From a virus, in the IMG/VR virus record IMGVR_UViG_3300004093_000003: DNA of 64,000 nucleotides; one strand, written 5' to 3'. The position numbers were made by a program, and so were the translations under genes. Below are positions 37,865 to 46,878 of the stretch, in pieces. Below the pieces are notes generated by a model. It was not told where the DNA came from. It made no database searches and saw nothing but the letters and a program-made list of their open reading frames with translations. Each line of letters opens with the position of its first letter. The stretch's first letter is position 1.

Positions 37865-37947
37865 GGTGTTTCTCCCCCTGCCCCGGCGAAGGGTTCGACA
37901 GCCGCCGGCCGACGTCAAGATCGTGAATTTCATCCACAAATCATAAC

Positions 37948-37987
37948 GATACGATTTGTATTGATCTTAAACGATCCAACTTGTATC
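37948..37987. promoter_or_regulatory. OL-like operator pair
   Basis: GATACGattTGTATT and GATCCAactTGTATC, 25 bp apart, matching the OR consensus. Confidence 0.68.
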
Positions 37988-38153
37988 GTTCAGCCCGTCT
38001 CGCCCGTCGTGGGGGAGGCCCGGTGGGGTCCCATCGGACGGTCGGCCGAGTAACGACGGTTTCCCGTTCGCCATCGGAAAAGCGGTTCCCCTGCGGCGCA
38101 TTTCCCGAGAGGAGGGCGCTGCAGGGGGCATCGCAATCCAACGAGGAGCGTCG

Positions 38154-38360
38154 ATGCCCCGGCCCATCACCGAAGACATCCGCGTCACCGTCCGGCTCGA
38201 CGGCGAGATCCTGCAGGCCGGCACCACGCTCGGCCTGTTCCTCATCGACAACTTCCTGAGCGAGAGCGAGCTCAGCGGCCTGCGCGAGAGCCTGCGCCGC
38301 GGCCAGGCTTTCGAGGGCGGCGGCGGCGCGGCCCCGATCTGGTCGGTGGAACTCGCGTGA
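38154..38360 (+). CDS. Hypothetical protein, first gene of the early (PL-like) operon
   Basis: GAGGAG SD; coupled to the next ORF. Confidence 0.58.
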   Translation: MPRPITEDIRVTVRLDGEILQAGTTLGLFLIDNFLSESELSGLRESLRRGQAFEGGGGAAPIWSVELA

Positions 38361-38671
38361 TCGCCATCGACGACCTGGTCGGCCTCGACCTTCCGCCCGC
38401 GCGCATCCGTCGCTTGCATGAGCAGATCGCCGGCATCCCGCACGATCGCCCTGTCCTCTCGTCCGGCCTCGCCGTCTATCGCCGCCTGCCCGAGCCGGAG
38501 CCGCCGACGCACACGCGCACCCGCATGGCCGACACGATCGCGCGCGCCGTCGGTGCCAACGGCTGCGTGACCCGGGAGGACCTCGAGGCTGCGGGCTTCA
38601 CCGGCGCCGAGATCGCCGAGCACTTCACTGACGCACGCCGCGCTGCCCGCGTCGAAAGGATGGCCGTATGA
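38357..38671 (+). CDS. Hypothetical protein
   Basis: GTGA/ATGA overlaps on both sides. Confidence 0.58.
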   Translation: MIAIDDLVGLDLPPARIRRLHEQIAGIPHDRPVLSSGLAVYRRLPEPEPPTHTRTRMADTIARAVGANGCVTREDLEAAGFTGAEIAEHFTDARRAARVERMAV

Positions 38672-38964
38672 GCCCGAGCGAAGCCCAGAGTCTGGTCGGC
38701 CACGTTCTGCCGCCCTCGCGCTTCGAGCGCATGGTCGCGGCCGATCATCCCGACCGCCTGCTCGCCATGCCGGAGACGACACGGAGAAACCTCTTTTTCT
38801 TCGTCGACGCGACGCATGAGCGGCCCCTTTGCGTGGCAAAGATCATCGACGGCCGCGTGCACGTCATCGCCCAATTCGCCAACTCCGGCGACTGCGCCCG
38901 CCTCTACTGTCCCGACGGCAAGACGCTGCCCGCCGACATCGTGCGGCAGATGGCAGGACAGTGA
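38668..38964 (+). CDS. Hypothetical protein
   Basis: Coupled ORF. Confidence 0.58.
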   Translation: MSPSEAQSLVGHVLPPSRFERMVAADHPDRLLAMPETTRRNLFFFVDATHERPLCVAKIIDGRVHVIAQFANSGDCARLYCPDGKTLPADIVRQMAGQ

Positions 38965-39308
38965 TGGGCCACGCCTTCACCATCCCCGACACCGTCGCGA
39001 CCAGCGACCCGCGGCCGCCGGCGCGCTCCGCCGACGGTCATCGGCTCGCGATCCTACGGCCAGCGCACCAGAAGCAGTTGCCGGAGACCGTCGAGCTGCT
39101 GGCCCGCGTCGGCAAGGGCATGGTGAAGGTGCGCAGCATCCCGCGCGTCCAACGCGACGGCACCATCCCCAAGCCCGGCATCTGGGCGGTCTATCCCTTC
39201 CGCCTGGTCGATGCCGTGACTAAGCGCCAGTTGCTGCGCGCCGACCTCACCTCGCTGCCGTGGCAAGGCGCCGGCGAAGATCCTGACCTGAAGGAGGAGC
39301 GCAAGTGA
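38964..39308 (+). CDS. Hypothetical protein
   Basis: TGATG coupling; start MGHAF. Confidence 0.55.
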   Translation: MGHAFTIPDTVATSDPRPPARSADGHRLAILRPAHQKQLPETVELLARVGKGMVKVRSIPRVQRDGTIPKPGIWAVYPFRLVDAVTKRQLLRADLTSLPWQGAGEDPDLKEERK

Positions 39309-39520
39309 GCCTGGCCGCCCTTACCCTGCAGGCCGCGACCGAGCGTGCTTGGCGCATCGGCCACCTGTTCGACGAGAAGGCGATGGACCGCAATGCCGCG
39401 CTGTTCTCGCTCTCGCTGCTCTACCAGCAGTCCGACAACGCGCGCGTGCGCCATCTCTGCGTCACCACCGCCGAGCGCATCGGTGGCCGTGCCGCTCAAC
39501 GCCCCCACCGAGGTTGCTAA
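39305..39520 (+). CDS. Hypothetical protein
   Basis: GGAG SD; coupled ORF. Confidence 0.5.
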   Translation: MSLAALTLQAATERAWRIGHLFDEKAMDRNAALFSLSLLYQQSDNARVRHLCVTTAERIGGRAAQRPHRGC

Positions 39521-39555
39521 TGGGTGAAGTGCTTCCCGTCCACAAGGAGATACCG

Positions 39556-39930
39556 ATGTCCGACGTCCCCTCAGTCGCGAATGTGCGACCCAATTTCCTG
39601 CAATTCCTTGGCCGTTTCGAAAACGGCGAACTGGTCGAGCGCCTGACGGACGACCTGCGCGAGCTCGTGGCCAAGATGGAGCAGCTCGAGCAGGACCATG
39701 GCGTCCAGCAGTCCAAGGGCGAGCTGCAGCTCACCCTCAAGCTGAACCGCAAGAAAGGCGGCTACGACCTCACCGCCGAGATCAAGACCAAGGCCCCCAA
39801 AGCGCCGGCGCCGACGGAGTTCATGTGGGCCAACGAGCACAACAGCCTGGTGCCGGAGAACCCGCGCCAGCAGAAGTTCGCCTTCCAGGAAGTCGTACGC
39901 GGGCGCGGTGAACCCCGCGGCGAAGCGTAG
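39556..39930 (+). CDS. Phage protein typically paired with DUF2303
   Basis: KGELQLTLKL and F..N....L...NPRQQKF patterns; AAGGAG SD. Confidence 0.68.
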   Translation: MSDVPSVANVRPNFLQFLGRFENGELVERLTDDLRELVAKMEQLEQDHGVQQSKGELQLTLKLNRKKGGYDLTAEIKTKAPKAPAPTEFMWANEHNSLVPENPRQQKFAFQEVVRGRGEPRGEA

Positions 39931-39965
39931 TCCAGCGTTCCAACTCACGAGGAGACATCATCGTC

Positions 39966-40943
39966 ATGGCCGAAGCCCCCAAAGTCACCTTCTCCAGCGA
40001 GGACGGTGGCCTCGCCAAGCTCGCCGCGTTCATCGCCGAGCAGGAGCGCAAGCCCCAGGTCGTCGCCATATCCGGCTGCACCGTCGACAATGCCAGCGTG
40101 CTGCTCGTGCCGCAGGGCTACGAGGTCAAGTCGCTGAAGCCGCTGCTGAACGACTACCGCCAGCGCCCGGTGCTGCGCGCGGGCACCACCCAACTGAACG
40201 ACCTCGCCAGCTTCATCGCCTGGACCAACCGTCACAAGGACGCGGGCTCGGTGATCTATGCGATCGACAACCCGGACGCGCTGTCGCTCACGGCCGTGAT
40301 CGACCACGACCTCGAAGGCGCGGAAGCGGCCGAAGAGAGGGCGCGCTTCGGCCGGCACCGCGGCGTCTATGCCTTCCCATTCTCACGCGAGTGGCAGGAG
40401 TGGACCAAGGCCAGCAGGAGCGGCATGGGCCCAGCCGAGTTCGCCGAGTTCTTCGAGCGCCGCATCGCCGACGTGATGCCGCCGCCCTACAGCATCGACG
40501 GCCAGGGCAACGAGGTTTTCGAGAGCCAGGACCCCGAGATCCGCAAGCTGGTGGTCACGCTCGGCAAGAAGTTCGCCATGCCGGCCGAGATCGTGAAGCT
40601 GACGCGCGGCATCGAGATCAACGCCACGGCGCGGGCGAACCAGAAGATCGACCGCGACACCGGGGAGCACACGATCGAGTTCTCCGAGGAGAACGGCCAA
40701 GGCGTCGACCGGGTCAAGCCGCCGAACGCCTTCCTGATCGCCATCCCGGTGCTGCACAATGGGCCGCCGATCCTGATGGCCGTCCACCTGCGCTACCGCG
40801 CCGGCAACGGCAAGGTGACCTGGTTCCTCGAATTGCACCAGCCGGAACGGGTGATCGAGGAGGTGTTCACCCAGGCGATCGAGAAGGTCACGGAAGAGAC
40901 CGGCCTCACGCCGCTGCGCGGGGTTGCGCCGAAGGAGCGGTGA
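39966..40943 (+). CDS. DUF2303 (YfdQ) family protein
   Basis: LTAVIDH, HRGVYAFPFS.EWQEW, FAEFFE..IAD and F.IAIPV motifs. Confidence 0.85.
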   Translation: MAEAPKVTFSSEDGGLAKLAAFIAEQERKPQVVAISGCTVDNASVLLVPQGYEVKSLKPLLNDYRQRPVLRAGTTQLNDLASFIAWTNRHKDAGSVIYAIDNPDALSLTAVIDHDLEGAEAAEERARFGRHRGVYAFPFSREWQEWTKASRSGMGPAEFAEFFERRIADVMPPPYSIDGQGNEVFESQDPEIRKLVVTLGKKFAMPAEIVKLTRGIEINATARANQKIDRDTGEHTIEFSEENGQGVDRVKPPNAFLIAIPVLHNGPPILMAVHLRYRAGNGKVTWFLELHQPERVIEEVFTQAIEKVTEETGLTPLRGVAPKER

Positions 40944-41452
40944 TGGCCTACGAAACCGACCTCATCACCCCCGAGCTCGCCGGGCGGCTGGAAAAGCTGC
41001 TCGACGAGCTGCGCGCCACGCCCAGCACCGGCCAGGAGGCGGCGCGGCTTGCCCTGGCGCTCGGCATCGGCGTCATCGACGCCAAGCGGCGCGCCTTCCT
41101 GGTCGACGTCGACGTGCATGCCGGCGTGCTGGGTCGCGTCGAATACTGGAAGAACCTGGCGATTGCCCGTGCGCCGGTTCCCATGGTGCTGTTCTGCCCG
41201 TTCTGCGGCACGCGGCACGTCGACCAGGCCGATCCGGCCAACGGATGGCTTAACGAGCCGCATCGGTCGCATCTCTGCGCCAGCTGCGGCAAGATCTGGC
41301 GGCCTGCCGACATCCCGACCGTCGGCGTGTCCGACATCGTCACGCGCGGCCGGCTCGACGAGGACGTGCCGCTGAGGCAGGCCGGCGGCCGATCGGTCGA
41401 CCATGCCGACGAACAGCCTGCCGGGAACATGCCAACCAGTGAAGCGGCGTAG
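40943..41452 (+). CDS. Phage zinc-binding protein
   Basis: CPFCG.RHVD..W.N.PHRSHLC..CG..WRPAD. Confidence 0.65.
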   Translation: MAYETDLITPELAGRLEKLLDELRATPSTGQEAARLALALGIGVIDAKRRAFLVDVDVHAGVLGRVEYWKNLAIARAPVPMVLFCPFCGTRHVDQADPANGWLNEPHRSHLCASCGKIWRPADIPTVGVSDIVTRGRLDEDVPLRQAGGRSVDHADEQPAGNMPTSEAA

Positions 41453-41456
41453 CATC

Positions 41457-42467
41457 ATGGGCGCCACCACCTCCATTGAATGGACTGACGCCACGTGGAA
41501 CCCGGTCGGTGGCTGCTCGATTGCCTCGCCTGGTTGCAAGCCCTGCTATGCCATGGGGCTCGCCGGCACGCGCCTCGCCCAGCATCCACTCTATGCCGGC
41601 ACGACGTCGAGCGAGAGCGGCCGGCCGGTGTTCAACGGCAAGATGACGGCCGCGGCTGCCGATCACGACGTCTGGAGCTGGCCGGTGCGCTGGCGCGGCG
41701 CCAAGCAACCAAAGCTCGGTGCCGGCAAGCCGTCGCTGATCTTCGTCGGCGATATGTGCGACCTGTTCCACAAGGACCGACCGCGTGCCGACATCGATCG
41801 CACGATCGCTGGCATCCTCTACTCGCGCCACATCGGCCAGCTGCTGACGAAGCGGCCCGATGTGATGGCCGAATACTTCAAGGATCTTTTGATCAGCGGC
41901 CGCTGTTACGACTTCCACCACCCGCTCTTGGGCAAGCCGAACTTCGCGCCGGAAGCGAACTTCGGCCGATTGGTGTGCCAACGCCTGTGGCTCGGCGCCT
42001 CGGCTGAGCGGCGACCGGAGTTCGACCAGCGTTGGCCACATCTGCGTCAGCTCGCCGCCATCGGCTTCACCATCTTCGTCTCCTACGAGCCCGCCATGGG
42101 CCCGCTTGTCCTGCCGCCCGACTTCCTTGCGCTCGGCAAGCGCGCCCAGGTGATCGCCGGGGGCGTTAGCGGCAAGTGGCCGTGGGCGCCGCATCCCGAC
42201 TGGTTCCGGGCCGTGCGCAACCAGTGCGTCCCGGCGGCCGTGCCGTTCTTCTTCAAGCAATGGGGATCGTGGGAGCCGCGCGAGGAATGGTCGGACCACC
42301 AGGGCGGCGGCCGCTTCGAGACCATGAAGGCCGTCATGCCGGACGGCAGCGACTGCCCGCACGACGTCGTACCGCAGGAAGTCGGCGCGCATCGCATGGC
42401 GCTGGTCGGGAAGCCGAAGTCTGGCGCCCTGCTCGACGGCCGCGAATGGCGGGAGTTTCCGTCGTGA
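41457..42467 (+). CDS. Phage Gp37/Gp68 (DUF5131) family protein
   Basis: IEWTDATWNP..GC...SPGC..CYA, GDMCDLFH, LLTKRP and VPFFFKQWG. Confidence 0.88.
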   Translation: MGATTSIEWTDATWNPVGGCSIASPGCKPCYAMGLAGTRLAQHPLYAGTTSSESGRPVFNGKMTAAAADHDVWSWPVRWRGAKQPKLGAGKPSLIFVGDMCDLFHKDRPRADIDRTIAGILYSRHIGQLLTKRPDVMAEYFKDLLISGRCYDFHHPLLGKPNFAPEANFGRLVCQRLWLGASAERRPEFDQRWPHLRQLAAIGFTIFVSYEPAMGPLVLPPDFLALGKRAQVIAGGVSGKWPWAPHPDWFRAVRNQCVPAAVPFFFKQWGSWEPREEWSDHQGGGRFETMKAVMPDGSDCPHDVVPQEVGAHRMALVGKPKSGALLDGREWREFPS

Positions 42468-42474
42468 GCCGCTA

Positions 42475-42708
42475 TCAGTCCGGCCATTCGAACGATACCA
42501 TGCCGCCGCCGGCCGATGCGATCATCACCAGGTCGGCGTGGTGCAGGACAGTAGTGACAACCAGCGTTAGATGCGCCTTCCCCGCTTTTGCATTTGAAGC
42601 ATACATCGCGAGGACGTCGGGGCGCTTAGCCGAAGTCTTGAGGCGTAAGCCGCCACCGGCGGCGAGGATTGCGACGATCTGGTCGTCGTTGAGCACAGGC
42701 ATTGTCAT
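42475..42708 (-). CDS. Small antisense moron with duplicated (I/L)-x-A-G-G-G motif
   Basis: IVAILAAGGG and LVMIASAGGG; lower GC. Confidence 0.55.
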   Translation of the reverse strand: MTMPVLNDDQIVAILAAGGGLRLKTSAKRPDVLAMYASNAKAGKAHLTLVVTTVLHHADLVMIASAGGGMVSFEWPD

Positions 42709-42771
42709 GGCCGATCGTCCTGTATTGTTCAGCGACTCGATGGTAAGCGCTGAGCACGGGAACGTCGACGC

Positions 42772-43032
42772 ATGATCGTCGTCAGCGTCCACTTGGTGAG
42801 CGCCCGCGACGGCAGCGTCACCGAGCTCGCCCGCGCCCATATCTGCAATGTCGGCGGCACCGACCGGCTGGGTGACTACGAGGTCAAGACGCTGCGTGGC
42901 CGCGGCACCAGGGCGCTGAACTCCCGCGTCGTGCAGCGCGCGGGCAAGGTGCTGCAGCATGCGCGCATGCAGCTGCACGTCTGGCATCTGGTGGCCAAGG
43001 CCCTCAGTGCCGTGGGATACGGTAGATCATGA
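42772..43032 (+). CDS. Hypothetical phage protein
   Basis: 86-aa ORF coupled to the next gene. Confidence 0.58.
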   Translation: MIVVSVHLVSARDGSVTELARAHICNVGGTDRLGDYEVKTLRGRGTRALNSRVVQRAGKVLQHARMQLHVWHLVAKALSAVGYGRS

Positions 43033-43403
43033 GGAAATGGATCGAATGGAAGCGTGATGGGGTAATGCGCGAGGTCTTCCTCGTTGGTCGCTGGGCTATC
43101 AAGATTCCGAAGCTCACCCGAGGCTGGCGCAACTTCCTGCGCGGACTGCTCGCCAGCATACACGAGCGGGAGATGTCGACGCTTGGCTGGCCGGAACTGT
43201 GCCCGATCGTGTTCGCTCTGCCCGGCGGTTGGATGGTCATCATGCGACGCGCCGAGCCGCTTTCGGATGAGGACTTCGCCGATATCGATCTTGACCGCAT
43301 CTTCATGCCTGAGGACGGACGGGTCATCCCCGGCGAACCCAAAGGCAGTAGCCTCGGCCGATTCAAGGGCCGCATCGTCGTGGTCGACTACGGCGAGCCA
43401 TGA
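43029..43403 (+). CDS. Minimal protein-kinase-like fold protein
   Basis: AIKIP, S..E, LCPI, IMRRA, EPKGSS.G and VVDYG in kinase subdomain order. Confidence 0.58.
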   Translation: MRKWIEWKRDGVMREVFLVGRWAIKIPKLTRGWRNFLRGLLASIHEREMSTLGWPELCPIVFALPGGWMVIMRRAEPLSDEDFADIDLDRIFMPEDGRVIPGEPKGSSLGRFKGRIVVVDYGEP

Positions 43404-43882
43404 TCGCCGAACGCGCAACCGACCACCAGTCCCTCGAGCAGGTCGCCGCCCGGCTTGGCAAGTCGCCGCGCTGGCTGCAATCTCGCCTCACCGAGGACGG
43501 GCGCCGGCCGAGTCACGCGCAGCGGTTGCAGCACCATCACAATGTCGGCAGGTCGAAGCGATGGAACGAGAGAGAATACCGGGCGCTGGAAACGGCGATC
43601 GTGGCGGAGGACAGCGCAAAGGCCGCAAGCGCAAGGCCAAGCGTGCCCGCCCCGGCCTCCAGGTCGTCGAGCGCGACGGCTTCTGGCACGTCGTCGGCAC
43701 CGTGCGCGTGGGCGCCCTCGACGCCGGCCGACGCTCACGCCGCATTAGAAAGAGTTCTGGCCTTCCGGCGATCGCCGAGTGCCTCGCCGACGCCGAAACC
43801 CTGCGCGACACATGGGCGGTCGAGGCGCGGCACGAGGCCATTCACGGCCGACAGCCAAGTCGTCCCACTTCGATCGCGGTAG
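43400..43882 (+). CDS. Excisionase-like HTH protein overlapping the integrase
   Basis: SLEQVAARLGKSPRWL; Ser/Ala-rich tail in the overlap. Confidence 0.55.
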   Translation: MIAERATDHQSLEQVAARLGKSPRWLQSRLTEDGRRPSHAQRLQHHHNVGRSKRWNEREYRALETAIVAEDSAKAASARPSVPAPASRSSSATASGTSSAPCAWAPSTPADAHAALERVLAFRRSPSASPTPKPCATHGRSRRGTRPFTADSQVVPLRSR

Positions 43883-44886
43883 AGGCCTGGCTCAAGACCC
43901 GCCGTAAGGGCGCCAGCGGCAAGCCGGGCTGGCGCGAAGCCAAGATCGCGCGCACCGTCGTCCTGCGCTTCGGCATCCGCACCATCGCCACCGTCTCGGC
44001 CGAGGAGTGGACGTCGCTCGCCGAATCGGAGACGGCCGGCATCGCTCCCTCGAGCCGCGAGCGCTTCCTCAACGGCTTCATGTCGCTGCTGAACTTCTGC
44101 GCCCACAAGTCGCGCAAATGGATCGGCGACAAGACCCTGCCGCATTTCGAGCGCGACGCCGCCGCCCGCAAGCCTAAGCATCGCCAGCGGCGGCACGTCG
44201 CTGAGCTCAGGCCGGACCTGATCATGCTGATCATCGACAATGCCGGCGCGCACCTGAAGCCGCAGCTGTGGGTCGAGTGGAGCACCGGCCAGCGCGCTTC
44301 GGCCGTGCTGAAGCCGCGGCTGCGCGATGCCATCCTGGCCGAGGGGCGCGAGCAGATCACTTTCCCGACGACGAAGACCGGCGAGCCGGTGACGGCCTCG
44401 CTGCATCCCGCCGCCGGCCAGGCGCTACGCGATTATCTCCAGATCCGCGGCCGACTGTGGGATCGCGACGGGCCGTTGTTCCTGACGCATCGCGGCAAGT
44501 CCTACAAGACCGAGAACGACCTCAGCGGGCACAACCGCACGGCCTTCAACAACGCCAGGGCGCGCGCCGTCGCCGCTCGCCGGCGTCAGGCTCTCGGCCG
44601 AGCGCTCGAGCTGCGCGCCGTCGGCGCGATCGCCGCGGCGCGCGAGATCATCGGCCAAGCGCTCGCCGACATCCGGCTGATGCGCCAGGTGACCCAGCAC
44701 TGGTTCCGCCATCTGCTGGCCACCACCATGATCGCGCTGAAGGCGCCGATGCGCGTCGCCATGGACCAGGCTGGCTGGCTCACCGTCGAGAGCCTGATGG
44801 CCTACGCCCACGACGTGCCGGACGTGCGCCGGGCGGTGGTCGAGCAGCTGCCGATCGGGCCGGCGGCGAGGAAGGTGAGCGCATGA
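43561..44886 (+). CDS. Tyrosine integrase
   Basis: STGQR (R), QHWFRH (HxxR), AGW (H/W) and MAYAH (Y); start codon uncertain. Confidence 0.9.
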   Translation: MERERIPGAGNGDRGGGQRKGRKRKAKRARPGLQVVERDGFWHVVGTVRVGALDAGRRSRRIRKSSGLPAIAECLADAETLRDTWAVEARHEAIHGRQPSRPTSIAVEAWLKTRRKGASGKPGWREAKIARTVVLRFGIRTIATVSAEEWTSLAESETAGIAPSSRERFLNGFMSLLNFCAHKSRKWIGDKTLPHFERDAAARKPKHRQRRHVAELRPDLIMLIIDNAGAHLKPQLWVEWSTGQRASAVLKPRLRDAILAEGREQITFPTTKTGEPVTASLHPAAGQALRDYLQIRGRLWDRDGPLFLTHRGKSYKTENDLSGHNRTAFNNARARAVAARRRQALGRALELRAVGAIAAAREIIGQALADIRLMRQVTQHWFRHLLATTMIALKAPMRVAMDQAGWLTVESLMAYAHDVPDVRRAVVEQLPIGPAARKVSA

Positions 44887-45083
44887 GCCGACGTCGCACC
44901 TATGGCTTCTCGTTCTCATGGCGGCGGGCAGCCGGGATATCTGGCGCCAAGGCCCGTCTAAGCCGCCAGATCGGCATCCCGCTCACTCAGAGCGGGCGCG
45001 AGCGCAAGCTCGGCCGCATGACTGGACATGCCATCGGTTGGATCGGCGTTGCCGTCCTTCTATGGCTGCTGTCGAAGTTCTAG
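44883..45083 (+). CDS. Small basic protein with C-terminal TM helix
   Basis: ATGA overlap with the integrase stop. Confidence 0.5.
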   Translation: MSRRRTYGFSFSWRRAAGISGAKARLSRQIGIPLTQSGRERKLGRMTGHAIGWIGVAVLLWLLSKF

Positions 45084-45124
45084 TTGATCGCCGCCGTCAA
45101 GGCGGCGCGCGGCGGGGTAGTGTC

Positions 45125-45348
45125 CTAATTTGAGCCGCCTGCCTTTTCCTTTTCAGCTGCCGCCTTTTCTCGGCGCAGTCTCAGCCGCTCGGGAAGACTG
45201 TAGACGTAGATCAGGTATAGCTCAGCAAAATCTAGCAATTCGTCCGCTTCCTCTTGGGTGAAGGGATCAAGATCATGGGCGGCGTCTGCTCCGCCCAGCC
45301 GTACTTCGTGTGCCCACTTCGCAAGATCCGGCGTCAGTACAGACCTTG
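45125..45348 (-). pseudogene. 3' fragment of a DUF4145 (HEPN-like) gene
   Basis: LTPDLAKWAHEVRLGGADAAH..EEADELLDF; in-frame stop upstream and no start. Confidence 0.55.
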
Positions 45349-45409
45349 GCTAGAAAGGAGGTGCCAAGTGCGGAAAGAGCGCGCGGTAAAACCATGCTAG
45401 ATTGCGATC

Positions 45410-45712
45410 ATGGAAGTTAGTTCCAACGAGTTGCGGAAGGCTGTCGAGGCGCAGCACGGGGGAACGGCCACGCTGGTCACAAAGCTGCCCGTCCATGAGG
45501 TCTTCCAAGGCAAGACGGTATGGCAGGGCGTCATCCACGTCTTCGATCTGGAGGGCCATCCTAAGGCCACCAGGGCCTATGCCTGGTCCTCACCTATCGA
45601 GGGAAGCGATAAGCGACGATTCTATGCCGTGCTGCACCTGGGCGGTATACGCTCGCCCCTGGACGCCGTGCGGGCAGCTATCGTGGCGGAGCGCCGATCA
45701 GATCGTGGGTAG
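45410..45712 (+). CDS. Hypothetical protein
   Basis: Globular-looking 100-aa ORF. Confidence 0.65.
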   Translation: MEVSSNELRKAVEAQHGGTATLVTKLPVHEVFQGKTVWQGVIHVFDLEGHPKATRAYAWSSPIEGSDKRRFYAVLHLGGIRSPLDAVRAAIVAERRSDRG

Positions 45713-46198
45713 GCCACGATATTGCATCGCCTATCCTCGCGCGCAGTGGCGGTCTATCAAGCGGTGCCTTGACGACCGCTACAAGCACGACCGACCGATA
45801 GTCAAAGTTCGCAACGGAGAAATCGTCCTGTGCTTCGAGGAGAAGTGGGAGCCACCGGCATTCTCGATCCTGCTCGACGCCTATCAGGCAAATTAGGACA
45901 CTACCCGCGGCGGAACTGGCGGCTGTGCACCTAGGACGAATAGGAACCAGAAGATATGGGGGTGTGCCTTGATTCACACCCCACTTATACACATGGCCTT
46001 GACACCGCATTGCGGCTTGCCTGACACTGGCACTGGATAACGAAAAAGGGGGCCTGGCAGGGCCCCCTTCGTTTCCGGCCAAACCCCGAGGGGCCGTGCC
46101 GGATGTGCTCAAGTTAAGCGGTACTTACAATGGAGTCCCCACTGTAGGCCCGTCAAGCGCTGTTCAACGGCCCCTCATCTTTTTGATGAGGCTATCTA

Positions 46199-46537
46199 GT
46201 GACTAGCAATCCGTTTGCGGGCCTTGGGCTCGCTTCCGCTCTGCTCGCCGGCAGCGAACGCATGGTTACCCAGATTCGGCTGAGTAACTACGCCGGGATC
46301 TATGTCGACTTCGAGCACATCGTCGAGCTGGCCGGGCCCGGTTGGCGTCTGACGCGCGAAGAGGTCATCTCCGACATGGAGACCACAGGCCGGCGCTACT
46401 ACGTGAACAACAACGTCTTCGCTCCGCGGGCCTACCTCGAGATCATGCCGGCGAAGTCGCTCATTGGCTGCCGGTATGTCCGGACGATCCCGGACGGCAT
46501 CCAGGCCAACAACCTGCTGAGCCTGCCTCGCTTCTAG
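46199..46537 (+). CDS. DUF3892-like protein
   Basis: C-terminal YVRTIPDG.QANNLLSLP; GAGG SD. Confidence 0.68.
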   Translation: MTSNPFAGLGLASALLAGSERMVTQIRLSNYAGIYVDFEHIVELAGPGWRLTREEVISDMETTGRRYYVNNNVFAPRAYLEIMPAKSLIGCRYVRTIPDGIQANNLLSLPRF

Positions 46538-46597
46538 TTTCGGCAACTCAGGGCGCTCGATCCTGCCTTTTTCACGGCCGGGTCGAGCGCTGCTGCC

Positions 46598-46855
46598 TCA
46601 ACTCATCACTTTCGCGGCCTTGGGCGTAAATCTTCCTAGCAGCGCGGCGCGCAGGCGCTCCGCTGCTTCGACCGAAACGACCTTGGCTATTACGTCGACA
46701 TCTTCGCCGGGAGCATCGGCGTTGGCCAAGAAGAGGTAGGTACCGAAGCCGTCGCAGAAATCGGCATTGGTTGAGTCAGCTTCGCGCCTCGTCAGAGGGC
46801 CGAAGCAAAGCGTGCGCGCGTTCGAGAGTGGTACTTCGAAAAAGTAGTCTTCCAT
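46598..46855 (-). CDS. Hypothetical protein
   Basis: AGGAG SD; divergent from the 46879 ORF. Confidence 0.55.
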   Translation of the reverse strand: MEDYFFEVPLSNARTLCFGPLTRREADSTNADFCDGFGTYLFLANADAPGEDVDVIAKVVSVEAAERLRAALLGRFTPKAAKVMS

Positions 46856-46878
46856 TTTTCTTCTCCTGAGGAGGTCGC

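Noticed and set aside
43084-43560. 600-aa integrase call
   Set aside because: The upstream part overlaps the kinase-like and Xis-like genes and has no integrase character
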